Made by a program: the position numbers and the translations under genes. DNA of 64,000 bases, from NCBI GenBank assembly GCA_045647065.1, contig JAZRLY010000029.1:2548-66547 (forward strand), read 5' to 3'. Below the pieces are notes generated by a model that saw only the letters and a list, made by a program, of their open reading frames with translations, ran no database searches and had not been told where the DNA came from. The stretch comes from Acutalibacteraceae bacterium. Lineage in GTDB: Bacteria; Bacillota; Clostridia; Oscillospirales; Acutalibacteraceae. How positions within the stretch are numbered: position 1 is the first letter of the stretch; each line of letters opens with the position of its first letter. Positions 1 to 9,162 of the stretch are shown in pieces.

Positions 1-511
1 GGTAAGGTGAGGGAAAATCGCATTCGGTGGATATCATTTCGGGGTTTGTGATAACACCGCCCGCCGTTCTCATTGAAATTCCGGGAATATCTTCTGCTTT
101 GTCAAGTCCGATCAAAGCGCGCAGGAGTCTGCGGAAGATAACTTCGCCTTCACCGTGAAGAAGATAATCAATTTGCGGGCATTCTTCGAGCAAACCGCCG
201 CCCGGTGCGACGTGATGACCGCCGAAGATGATTGCACAGTCGGGATATTTTTCTTTTATTCGTCTTGCAACCTCTTTGTTAAAATTGCTGTTCCACAAGT
301 ATGTTGAAAAAGCAATAACAGAGGGGTTACTTATTTTTTTAATAACCTTTTCGACAGGCTCGCGAAGAAAAAAGATATCCTCAAGGCAGAAATTCTCCGA
401 AACATCCTTATCCGAAAAGGCATAAGCGCAAAGCTGACCTGCGGTATAAGGAATATGGGCGGTCTTGCCGTAGGAATAATTCACTTGAAAAAAGTAAAGT
501 TTCTTTTTCAA
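1..511 (-). CDS. Cobalamin-binding radical SAM protein, N-terminal part only (runs off the window); paralog of 536..2413
   Basis: Not in the ORF track. Manual translation from TTG at 511: MKKKLYFFQVNYSYGKTAHIPYTAGQLCAYA...AFSTYLWN...KEKYPDCAIIFGGHH...GEGE...DFPSPY, colinear with the N-terminus of the neighbouring gene. GAAAGG RBS upstream. Confidence 0.88.
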   Translation of the reverse strand, partial: MKKKLYFFQVNYSYGKTAHIPYTAGQLCAYAFSDKDVSENFCLEDIFFLREPVEKVIKKISNPSVIAFSTYLWNSNFNKEVARRIKEKYPDCAIIFGGHHVAPGGGLLEECPQIDYLLHGEGEVIFRRLLRALIGLDKAEDIPGISMRTAGGVITNPEMISTECDFPSPY

Positions 512-535
512 ATAATCACGGGCCTTTCGGGTGGT

Positions 536-2413
536 TTAGTTAAGAGGATAGAGCGTTGCGCCTTTGCGGCGTCCGTACCAGACGGTTTCCTTTGCAAAGG
601 TCGGCCAATCCTCATATTTTTTCGGTGCGGTGAATGTGATATGTGTCGGCTTTTCTTCAAGATGTGAACCTGCATTACGGAAGAACGAAACGAAATCGTA
701 GTCTGCTTCGAAATCCTTTCCGTTTTCAAACGGAAGTTTTATCGCGCTGAGCTGAAATTTTACAAGCTGTGAATAAATCTTTTCGTCGCCGAACATCGGC
801 TTTGCAAATTCATCAATGAGCCTTTTCAGTTCATCGAAATCATAAAGAAATTCGAGGAAAAGTCCTTCTTCGAAGAACCACGTTACGTTGCCGAAAACGG
901 GGTTGCTGTGGTTCCATTCACCCTCAAGCGAACCGTCGAGTTTTTTCTTTATCTCTCTGAAAAGTCTGCCTGCAGTTCCGCTGTCGTTAAGGCAGAAATC
1001 AAGCAAGGATTTATAGAAATCATAGTAGTCGACACCGAGTTCATAGTATGCATAAATCGCAATGTAACGGAGCAGTCCGAGGCTGTGGAAACATTGCAGA
1101 CAGATTGAGAACAGATTTGCGTATACCCACGCATCTCTCGGAAGAGTGCTTGTTGAACGGACGAGATAGGAATATTCGGGAATTGTGTCTTTTTTGCCCG
1201 TTGCGGAGTGAATATGGTTGAACTGAACCTTCATCGGCTCGATTTCATATTTTTTCATATATTCGGGGTCACACATCGGAGCGTTCGGAAGAAGCTCACA
1301 GTAATAAACACTGATTGAATTGTGCTGACCTGCCCTGAGAAGTTTGCACATTCCCTGGCAGAAACTTTCCGCCGTTTCGCCGGGCAGACCGAGAATGAGT
1401 TCGGAATAGGTGGGGATGTTAGCCTTGGTATAGTTTTCCATAAGACCCGAAAAATGCTCCATGGTGAGATTCTTTCGGTTGATATTTTTGAGCGCATCAT
1501 CGCAGAGAGTCTGATATGCCATTGTTGCGCCTTTGTCAAGACCTCTGGAGTTGAGAGTTTTTGAAATTTTAAAAACTCTTTCCGCGCTGTTTTTTTCGTA
1601 GCAGGGTCTGAACACCTTGGGGAATCCAGTTTCCTTGTTCAGACTTACGATATATTCTGCAATTTCTACATCTCGTTCAAACATACCGAAGTTTGAATCG
1701 GCGCAGAAACAGTATTCGATTTTATGCTCTGAAAGCCATTTGATTTCGCCCTTGACTTTTTCAATCGGGAAAAGGCGGAGCTTTTTGTGGTTGCTCCAAT
1801 CGCAGTATGCGCAGTTATACGGGCATCCGCGGTTGGTTTCGATAACCGTGTCAAACATTGTGTCGGGATTCTTTTCGATAATCGAATCAAAAACACCCGT
1901 GAGATAGGGCGAGGGATAATCTTCAACGGATTCGGGGCAGTGGGGTGCGGTGAGGATATTGCAACCGTCGGTATCTCTGAAAGCAATACCGTCGCAGTCA
2001 CTCAGGTCGGAGCCGTCTCTGAGCGCTCTGAGAAGATTTGCCGTTACCTCTTCGCCTTCGCCGAGTGTGAGAATATCAATATAGTTGTGCTTGAGAAATT
2101 CCATTCGGTCAGAAACGCTGTGACCGCCGAAAACGATGATACATTCGGGATATTTCTCCTTGACTGCTTTGGCGAGAGCTTTGTTGAATTCAACATTCCA
2201 GACATATGTTGAAAACGCAACAAGATAAGGCGATTCCATTCCGCTTACGATTTTTTCGATATCGTCACGGCGGAACACAATCTCCTTGAAGTCATATTCG
2301 GATGCGATATCAGGCTGTTTTTTGCAGTATGCAACGATTGTACCCGTTGCGTAGGGAAGATAAACGGATTTATCAAATGCAAAACCGACCTGAATGAAAT
2401 AAATGTTTTTCAA
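536..2413 (-). CDS. Cobalamin-binding (class B-like) radical SAM protein, 625 aa, with long C-terminal domain
   Basis: N-terminal B12-binding Rossmann features (FSTYVWN, IVFGGH, GEGE) and CxxxCxxC motif ETNRGCPYNCAYCDW; ELILGLPGET motif. Confidence 0.9.
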   Translation of the reverse strand: MKNIYFIQVGFAFDKSVYLPYATGTIVAYCKKQPDIASEYDFKEIVFRRDDIEKIVSGMESPYLVAFSTYVWNVEFNKALAKAVKEKYPECIIVFGGHSVSDRMEFLKHNYIDILTLGEGEEVTANLLRALRDGSDLSDCDGIAFRDTDGCNILTAPHCPESVEDYPSPYLTGVFDSIIEKNPDTMFDTVIETNRGCPYNCAYCDWSNHKKLRLFPIEKVKGEIKWLSEHKIEYCFCADSNFGMFERDVEIAEYIVSLNKETGFPKVFRPCYEKNSAERVFKISKTLNSRGLDKGATMAYQTLCDDALKNINRKNLTMEHFSGLMENYTKANIPTYSELILGLPGETAESFCQGMCKLLRAGQHNSISVYYCELLPNAPMCDPEYMKKYEIEPMKVQFNHIHSATGKKDTIPEYSYLVRSTSTLPRDAWVYANLFSICLQCFHSLGLLRYIAIYAYYELGVDYYDFYKSLLDFCLNDSGTAGRLFREIKKKLDGSLEGEWNHSNPVFGNVTWFFEEGLFLEFLYDFDELKRLIDEFAKPMFGDEKIYSQLVKFQLSAIKLPFENGKDFEADYDFVSFFRNAGSHLEEKPTHITFTAPKKYEDWPTFAKETVWYGRRKGATLYPLN

Positions 2414-2415
2414 GA

Positions 2416-3657
2416 TTATAACACCTGCTCCAAATCAAAAAGGCTTTGATAGTGCGCCGAAGCAATGTCGGCGGCGTCGGGCTCGTCTGAGCCGATAAGT
2501 ATGTTTTTGCCTGTGCCTGCATTGATGCCTGCAAGCAAATCCGAACGGCGGTTGCCGACGGTGAGCGAATTCTTTAAATCGATTTCAATTCCGATTCCGG
2601 AAAAATCGGAAACAGCTTTTAATATTAATCCCGGTTGAGGCTTTCTGCATCCGCAGACCGCCCTGTATTCATCAATCACCGCTTCAGGATGATGGGGACA
2701 GTAATAATATCCGTCTGCGATAACGGAATGGTTTTCGCAGAGGTTGCTGTCAATATATTTATGAAGGATATCAACGTCATCTGCGGTGTAAAGGTTTTTT
2801 GCGATTCCAGCCTGATTAGTGATGATGATTGCGAGATATCCCTTTTTCTTTATGTTTGCAATTGCCTTGTCCGCATCGGGCAGAAACTTAAAATCCTCCG
2901 TGCGGTAAAGATGACCGGGGTCGTGATTTATTGTTCCGTCTCTGTCAAGAAAAACCGCTTTGCGAGTTCTTTTTGAAACAAGAAAATCTTTCTCGGCTTC
3001 GGCTTTTCTGTAGTTTTCGGGAATGCCGATATCAATGAAATATCCGTTGCTTTCAAGCACGGCAACGGGACAGTAAGCGCCCTCGAGAATAAGCTTTTCA
3101 AACGAGAATTTTTCTTCCGTCACGCTGTCAAGAATATCTTTGTTGATAAAATAAATTCCACCGTTGATGAGTCCTGCGGATTTAACACCTTTTTCGCGGA
3201 ATCCGTCGAGTCTGCCGTTTTCAACAGTCAGAAATCCCGAGTGCTCTGCCCACGGAACCTCTCTTGCAGCAAGGGTAATAGGGCACCCCGATTCTTCATG
3301 GAGTTTCTGCATTTCAAAAAGGTCAACATCAAAAAAAGAATCTCCGTTGACCGCAACCGCATACTTGTCACGGCACATACCGAGAGCTTTTTTTATTGCA
3401 CCGCCCGTACCGAGCGGGGAATCTTCACGGCAGTAGTCAATAACCATTCCTCTATAGGTTTTGCCGATTGTTTCTTCAAGATATTCCGCCATATAGCCGG
3501 TTGAAATGATTGCTCTGTGAACTCCGTTGACGTAAAGATAATCGAGAAGATAGTGCAGAAACGGTCTGTCGCCTATCGGAGCAAGAGGTTTCGGCAGGTT
3601 GTCAACACAGGGCCTGAGCCTTGTGCCGAATCCGCCCGCAAGAATAATTGCTTCCAT
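2416..3657 (-). CDS. hddC-gmhB: Fusion of D-glycero-alpha-D-manno-heptose 1-phosphate guanylyltransferase (HddC-like) and heptose 1,7-bisphosphate phosphatase (GmhB-like HAD)
   Basis: N-terminal ILAGGFGTRLR...LPKPLAP nucleotidyltransferase motif; C-terminal FLDRDGTIN, ITNQAGIA, CPHHP...CGCRKP typical of GmhB. Confidence 0.85.
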   Translation of the reverse strand: MEAIILAGGFGTRLRPCVDNLPKPLAPIGDRPFLHYLLDYLYVNGVHRAIISTGYMAEYLEETIGKTYRGMVIDYCREDSPLGTGGAIKKALGMCRDKYAVAVNGDSFFDVDLFEMQKLHEESGCPITLAAREVPWAEHSGFLTVENGRLDGFREKGVKSAGLINGGIYFINKDILDSVTEEKFSFEKLILEGAYCPVAVLESNGYFIDIGIPENYRKAEAEKDFLVSKRTRKAVFLDRDGTINHDPGHLYRTEDFKFLPDADKAIANIKKKGYLAIIITNQAGIAKNLYTADDVDILHKYIDSNLCENHSVIADGYYYCPHHPEAVIDEYRAVCGCRKPQPGLILKAVSDFSGIGIEIDLKNSLTVGNRRSDLLAGINAGTGKNILIGSDEPDAADIASAHYQSLFDLEQVL

Positions 3658-4022
3658 CAGGCATCTTCCTCCGCGATTATATCTTTTGAACCGTCGGGGA
3701 GTTCAACTCCGTTGTCATAAAATGCAACAAGAACGGAATCTTCGTGATAGTCGAATGTATGAATGACGTTGGGCTCGATAACAAACATATCACCCTTTTT
3801 GAATTTAAAGAACTCTCTTTTATCGCCAAGCTTTGCTTCAACTGTGAAAGAGCCTTCGATTACATAAAATCCTTCACGGTTGAACCTATGGAAATGCCTG
3901 CCTCTTTCAACTCCCGCCTTTGAGGTGCAGACATTAATCTGACTATATCCCTCGTGCACAAGCTGAATAAGGCTTCCACGCTCATCTTCAAAAACAAAAT
4001 CGGGTTTAATTATCGTTATCAT
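3657..4022 (-). CDS. Cupin-fold nucleotide-sugar epimerase/isomerase (WxcM/FdtA/RmlC-like)
   Basis: EDERGSL, RGRHFH...E, EPNVIHTF cupin motifs; translationally coupled to hddC-gmhB. Confidence 0.7.
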   Translation of the reverse strand: MITIIKPDFVFEDERGSLIQLVHEGYSQINVCTSKAGVERGRHFHRFNREGFYVIEGSFTVEAKLGDKREFFKFKKGDMFVIEPNVIHTFDYHEDSVLVAFYDNGVELPDGSKDIIAEEDA

Positions 4023-4033
4023 TTCTCGCTCCG

Positions 4034-5011
4034 TCAGTTGTTAACAATTATTTTCGTGCCTTCGTTTTCGAATTTGAACTTGATTTCAAGCATTCCCGAA
4101 AGAGCGTCCCTGACGCTTTCATGTTTGTTCTCGGGCACGTAGAAAAGAAGGCATCCGCCGCCGCCCGCACCGAGAAGTTTGCCACCGAGTGCGCCTGCAG
4201 CCATAGCCTTGCTGTAAATTTCATTTATGTAGTCTGTTGAAATTTTATTGCTGATGCTTCTTTTGAGAAGCCAGGTTTCATTGAGAAGTCTGCCGAAATC
4301 GTCGAGCAGTGCATCGGGATTGACGAGGATATTTTCTGCTATATCAACCATTTTCAGCATTTCGAGAAGCTCGGCTGTTTTTTGATTCATCGCAATCTTT
4401 GTCGTTTTCTGAATTTCAAAAGAAAATCGTGAAAGACCCGTAAAAAACATCAACAAGTTACTGTTGAGTTTTTGCTTTTTTTCTTCGGGGATATCAAGGG
4501 GAGTGATTGTGTAGCCGTCGGCGTTAAAATCGATGCGGTTGAATCCGCCGAAAGCCGCCGCAATCTGGTCCTGAATTCCGCCCTCCTCGCGGCAGAGAGT
4601 CCGTTCAAGATGAATTGCGTCGTCCGCAAGTTCACGCTTCGTTTTGGTTATACCCTGCATAGTGTAAAATGCATTGAGCAGACCGACTGAAAACGAACTG
4701 CTTGTGCCTAGTCCTGTTTTTGACGGAATGTCCGCGTCGTAATTCAGCGCGATTCTTTCAAGCCCAAGCCATTCCATCGCGTTGCGGATTGCAGGATGTT
4801 TTATTTCGCTTACGGAATTGACTCTTTCAATCTGTGCATATGAAAGCGAAGTTTTGTAGTCGTAAAGCGGTGGAAGTTCACGCACATTAACATGGCAGTA
4901 TTTATCGAATGTTGTTGAAATTACTGCTCCCGAGTGTTCACGAAAGAATTCGGGAAAATCCGTGCCGCCTCCAAAAAACGACATTCTTACGGGTGTCTGC
5001 GATATGATCAT
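4034..5011 (-). CDS. hddA: D-glycero-alpha-D-manno-heptose 7-phosphate kinase (GHMP kinase)
   Basis: TPVRMSFFGGGTD, PSKTGLGTSSS, GGIQDQ, GGKLLGAGGGG motifs; context with hddC/gmhB. Confidence 0.85.
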   Translation of the reverse strand: MIISQTPVRMSFFGGGTDFPEFFREHSGAVISTTFDKYCHVNVRELPPLYDYKTSLSYAQIERVNSVSEIKHPAIRNAMEWLGLERIALNYDADIPSKTGLGTSSSFSVGLLNAFYTMQGITKTKRELADDAIHLERTLCREEGGIQDQIAAAFGGFNRIDFNADGYTITPLDIPEEKKQKLNSNLLMFFTGLSRFSFEIQKTTKIAMNQKTAELLEMLKMVDIAENILVNPDALLDDFGRLLNETWLLKRSISNKISTDYINEIYSKAMAAGALGGKLLGAGGGGCLLFYVPENKHESVRDALSGMLEIKFKFENEGTKIIVNN

Positions 5012-5046
5012 TCAAACAAACACTCCTTCAATTTAGATTACCCGAT

Positions 5047-5075
5047 ATTATAACATATATATAATACTAAATCAA
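5047..5075 (-). promoter_or_regulatory. SigA-type promoter for the hddA-radical SAM operon
   Basis: TTGATT-17 nt-TATAAT with extended -10 TG on the minus strand. Confidence 0.6.
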
Positions 5076-5083
5076 CTGTTTTA

Positions 5084-6031
5084 TTAATAAACTGTATTTA
5101 TGGGATTGCCGTCAAGGAATGCCTCAACATTTTTGCGGCAAATTTTCATAAGTCTTTCTCTGGTCTCAAATCCCGCCCAGGCGATATGGGGAGTGATGAA
5201 GCAGTTTTTCAGTCCGAAAAGAGGATTATCTGCCTTTGGAGGCTCAACGGAAAGCACGTCAAGACCTGCGCCTGCAATACCGCCATTTTTAAGTGCATCA
5301 GCAAGTGCGTTTTCATCAACAACCTGACCTCTTGAGGTGTTGATGAGGACGGCGGACGACTTCATTTTTGAAAGGAAATCTGCGTTTACCATACCTTCGG
5401 TGAGAGGTGTCAGAGGGCAGTGAAGCGACACAAAATCGCTCTTCAAAAGAAGCTCGTCTTTGTCGCAAAACTCAATGTTTTCAAGGGGTTCGGGGTGATT
5501 TGTGGATGCAACGACTTTCATTCCGAATGCTTGCGCAATTGTTGCAACAGCCTTGCCGATTTTGCCGAATCCGATGATGCCGAGTGTCTTTCCGCAAAGC
5601 TCTGTCAGAGGAGTTTTCCAATAGCAAAAATCCTTGCAGGCAGACCATTCTCCGCTGTGCACCGACTCGCTGTGAACGGCAACGGAATTGGTGATTTCAA
5701 GAATCAGAGCGAAAACAAGCTGCGCAACCGCCGAGGTGCTGTAAGACGGAATGTTGCATACGGGAATGCCTTTTTCTTTGCAATATTCCCAGTCAACAAT
5801 GTTATATCCTGTGCTGAGAAGACCAACATATTTAAGGTTTTCAAGAGTTTCGAGAAGGTCTTTTCTTAACGGTGTTTTGTTGGTGATTACAATGTCGCAA
5901 CCCTTTGTTCTTTCTGCAATAAGTTCAGCGGGAGTACGGTCGTAAATTGTGCATTCGCCAAGCTTTTCAAGCCAATCCCAGGAAAGATCTCCGGGATTTT
6001 CGGTGTATCCGTCAAGTACGGTTATTTTCAT
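5084..6031 (-). CDS. D-2-hydroxyacid dehydrogenase (glycerate dehydrogenase/HprA-like)
   Basis: GIIGFGKIG NAD-binding motif, SLHCPLT, LINTSRG, TPHIAW. Confidence 0.9.
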   Translation of the reverse strand: MKITVLDGYTENPGDLSWDWLEKLGECTIYDRTPAELIAERTKGCDIVITNKTPLRKDLLETLENLKYVGLLSTGYNIVDWEYCKEKGIPVCNIPSYSTSAVAQLVFALILEITNSVAVHSESVHSGEWSACKDFCYWKTPLTELCGKTLGIIGFGKIGKAVATIAQAFGMKVVASTNHPEPLENIEFCDKDELLLKSDFVSLHCPLTPLTEGMVNADFLSKMKSSAVLINTSRGQVVDENALADALKNGGIAGAGLDVLSVEPPKADNPLFGLKNCFITPHIAWAGFETRERLMKICRKNVEAFLDGNPINTVY

Positions 6032-6118
6032 AAATAAATCCTCCGATTATTACATAGATATTCTGTATTATAGCATATATTTACAAGAATTGACACACCA
6101 AAATATTATGCGATTTTA

Positions 6119-6147
6119 TTGACTTTATATGGATAATAGTATAAAAT
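6119..6147 (+). promoter_or_regulatory. SigA-type promoter for the radical SAM pair operon
   Basis: TTGACT-17 nt-TAAAAT upstream of the AGGAG RBS. Confidence 0.5.
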
Positions 6148-6186
6148 TAAATGTTAGTAAAAATAAAGGCGACAGGAGACGGAAAA

Positions 6187-7662
6187 ATGAAGGTTTTGCT
6201 CGTAAATCCCGCACCCGAACATTATACGAGAGCGCGCTGTGCACCGCTCGGAGTTTTGTCCATTGCAAGCTATCTTGAGGTCAAGGGACACGATGTAAGA
6301 GTACTCAACAGAGCCATAAAATCAACAGATATAGATGCTGAACTTGATGATTTCAAGCCTGATTTTGTGGGATGTTCTCTTCTTACCGTTATGTCAGTCA
6401 AGGACTGCATTGTGGTTTCCGAAGCAGCGAAAAAACGCGGAATCTGTGTTGTGTGGGGCGGACCTTATGTTTCTGCAATTCCCGAGATGACTCTTGAACT
6501 CGGTTGCATCGATATAATCTCGATGGGTGAGGGTGAAGAAACCTGGCTTGAGCTTTGCGAAACAAAAGCAAAAGGCGGGGATATTTATTCAATAGACGGA
6601 CTTGCATACATAAAAGACGGCAAGTTCGTTATGACTCCCGAAAGAGAATTTACGGATCTTTCAATCCTTCCTCCTCTCAATTTTGATTTGGTGGACACAC
6701 AGAAAACCCTCTATAAAAACTACGATTATGACGGCATTATGGGTATGTATGTTTCGAAAGGATGTAACGGAAGATGCACATTCTGCTATAACCACGCTTT
6801 CCATAAAAGTTGCCGCCGTTCGCGCCCCCTCGAGCATTTTATTTATGAAGCAAAGTTCGTAAAGGAAAAATACGGCGCAAAAGCTTTTGCTCTTGCCGAC
6901 GAACTTTTCGGCTACAATAAAGAAACTCTTCACGAATTCTGCGATGCACTTGATGAAGCAAATCTCGGAATGAACTGGGGAGGAATGACAAAAATCGGTC
7001 TTTTCAACAGAGAAGATTTTCAGCGCATGTATGATTCGGGCTGCAGATGGCTTGAATTCGGCGTTGAAAGCGGTTCTCCGACCACTCTTGCCCGTATGAA
7101 AAAAGGTATGAAGCTCAGCCGTGTTGAAGAGGATCTGAAAATTTGCAAGGAGATCGGAATTATCACACTCTGCTATTTCATTGTCGGATTCCCTGACGAA
7201 ACCGAGGATGAACTCAGAGAAACCTGCGAGCTTGTTGAAAAAATCGGATATTCAAGATTTGTAAGTTCATATTTCAGTCCTCTTCCGGGTTCTGAAATTT
7301 ACGATAAACTTGTTGCCGATGGCAGACTCACTCCTCCGAAATCTATGAAGGAGTGTATGAAAACAAAGATTTTTTATTCACCCAAACCCAATCTTTCAAA
7401 GGTCAGCACGCTTGACCTCAAGGTTGTGCGTTCATATATGCTTTGGAAGAGCTTTACGGAAAAGAAATTCGACGAAAACGGCAAGATTAACTATGCAACG
7501 GCAAGAAAGGATATCAAGGATGTTCTCAGAAGCCTTAAGGGACACGGATTCAAGGCAGGCGTTGAGCAGTTTTTTATAAGCGGATATGAATTTCTCGATA
7601 TCTTCTTTTATGCGAATTTCTTCCCGAAAATACGCAAAAAATATAACATAGGCAGGAAATAA
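6187..7662 (+). CDS. Cobalamin-binding radical SAM protein (start revised to ATG 6187)
   Basis: MKVLLVNP..PLGVLSIASYL, VVWGGPY, GEGE; SKGCNGRCTFC; FGVESGS; FIVGFPDET. Confidence 0.9.
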   Translation: MKVLLVNPAPEHYTRARCAPLGVLSIASYLEVKGHDVRVLNRAIKSTDIDAELDDFKPDFVGCSLLTVMSVKDCIVVSEAAKKRGICVVWGGPYVSAIPEMTLELGCIDIISMGEGEETWLELCETKAKGGDIYSIDGLAYIKDGKFVMTPEREFTDLSILPPLNFDLVDTQKTLYKNYDYDGIMGMYVSKGCNGRCTFCYNHAFHKSCRRSRPLEHFIYEAKFVKEKYGAKAFALADELFGYNKETLHEFCDALDEANLGMNWGGMTKIGLFNREDFQRMYDSGCRWLEFGVESGSPTTLARMKKGMKLSRVEEDLKICKEIGIITLCYFIVGFPDETEDELRETCELVEKIGYSRFVSSYFSPLPGSEIYDKLVADGRLTPPKSMKECMKTKIFYSPKPNLSKVSTLDLKVVRSYMLWKSFTEKKFDENGKINYATARKDIKDVLRSLKGHGFKAGVEQFFISGYEFLDIFFYANFFPKIRKKYNIGRK

Positions 7663-7663
7663 T

Positions 7664-9136
7664 ATGAGAATTCTGTTTGTCAATCCGTCTATGGAGCGTT
7701 ATACCCGTCAGGTAAGCTTTCCGATCGGACTTGTTTCGATTGCAACTTATCTGAAGGCTAACGGCCACACGGTTAAAATAATTGACAGAACAATAAAAAC
7801 AACCGATATCCGCAAGGAAATCGAGAGCTTTGCACCCGATATGGTCGGCGTGTCGGTTATCTCAACAAAGTCCTTCGGTGATTCCGAAAAAATTTCGCTT
7901 ACTGCAAAAAAATTCGGTGCAAAGGTTGTTTGGGGAGGAATATTTGCGTCTCTTGACCCTGAATTCATTTTTGATAATATTGATATCGATTTTATTTCAA
8001 TCGGTGAGGGCGAAGAAACCTGGCTTGAACTTGCGGACACCCTCGAAGCAGGAGGAAATACCAAAGAAATTGCGGGTCTTGCTTATAAAGAAAACGGCAA
8101 AGTTGTTTTCACTCCCGAAAGAGAATTTACGGATCTTTCGATTCTTCCGCAGATGGATTTCAGCCTTATTGATGTTGATAAATATCTCGGACCGATGTAC
8201 GGATGCAAAAAAACAGCGCTTCTCTATATTTCAAAAGGGTGCTACGGTCAGTGCACATTCTGCTTCAATTCAAAGTTTCATCGCAGATGCCACAGAGAAA
8301 GACCGCTTGAAGTGTTTTTTGCCGAAGTTAAATATCTTATGGAAAACCACAATGTTGACTGCATTTATTTTGCAGATGAACTTTTCGGAAAAAATAAAGC
8401 GCGTCTGAAATATCTTTGCGAAGCATTTATTAAGTCGGGTCTCGGCTTCAAATGGGTTGCACAGACCAGAGCGGGATATTTTGACCTTGAAGATTATAAA
8501 CTTATGAAAGAGGCGGGATGCATCGCCGTTGATTTCGGCATTGAAACAGGCTCTCCGTCAATGCTTGAAACGATTAAAAAGAACATTCCCTACGATAAAA
8601 TCAAGCAGACATTTGAAATGTGCAAGGAAGCTGAAATCATAACTCTTGCGAACTTTATAATCGGGTTCCCGGATGAAACGGAAGAACAGCTCAGAGACAC
8701 CATAAATATGGCAATGGATATTCCCGCAACGCAGAGAACCTTTTTCTTCTTTATGCCCGGTCCGGGAAGCGAGCTTTATGATATGCTTGTTTCAAGCGGA
8801 AGATATACTCCGCCGAAAACATTCAGGGAATATACCAATGTTCAATTCTATTATTCCCCCAAACCGAATTTTTCGAAAATACCTACGAAGGAACTTAAGG
8901 CAGTCAGAGCTTATTTTCTTTGGAAAGGTTTTTCAAGAAAATATTTTTCGCAGACGGCAAGAACCTACGATATCGCAAAGAAAGATATTGTTGATGTTCT
9001 CAAACAGTTCAAGGGTCACGACCTGAAATTTGCACTTCAGCTCATTCTGATTTCGGCCTATGAATTTCTTGATATATTCTGCTATGCGCATTTCTGTCCT
9101 TCGGTTATCAAAAAATATGGTTTGAATATCGATTAA
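7664..9136 (+). CDS. Cobalamin-binding radical SAM protein, tandem paralog of 6187..7662
   Basis: MRILFVNP..PIGLVSIATYL, VVWGG, GEGE; SKGCYGQCTFC; FGIETGS; shared C-terminus (YSPKPN, KDI.DVL..KGH, YEFLDIF). Confidence 0.9.
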   Translation: MRILFVNPSMERYTRQVSFPIGLVSIATYLKANGHTVKIIDRTIKTTDIRKEIESFAPDMVGVSVISTKSFGDSEKISLTAKKFGAKVVWGGIFASLDPEFIFDNIDIDFISIGEGEETWLELADTLEAGGNTKEIAGLAYKENGKVVFTPEREFTDLSILPQMDFSLIDVDKYLGPMYGCKKTALLYISKGCYGQCTFCFNSKFHRRCHRERPLEVFFAEVKYLMENHNVDCIYFADELFGKNKARLKYLCEAFIKSGLGFKWVAQTRAGYFDLEDYKLMKEAGCIAVDFGIETGSPSMLETIKKNIPYDKIKQTFEMCKEAEIITLANFIIGFPDETEEQLRDTINMAMDIPATQRTFFFFMPGPGSELYDMLVSSGRYTPPKTFREYTNVQFYYSPKPNFSKIPTKELKAVRAYFLWKGFSRKYFSQTARTYDIAKKDIVDVLKQFKGHDLKFALQLILISAYEFLDIFCYAHFCPSVIKKYGLNID

Positions 9137-9162
9137 ATATATAACAGAACAGCGGTGAGTTT

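Noticed and set aside
5012-9162. RiPP interpretation of the radical SAM genes
   Set aside because: No RBS-led short ORF in the nearby intergenic regions and no SPASM or RRE motifs; the enzymes are B12-binding type in sugar and lipid contexts.
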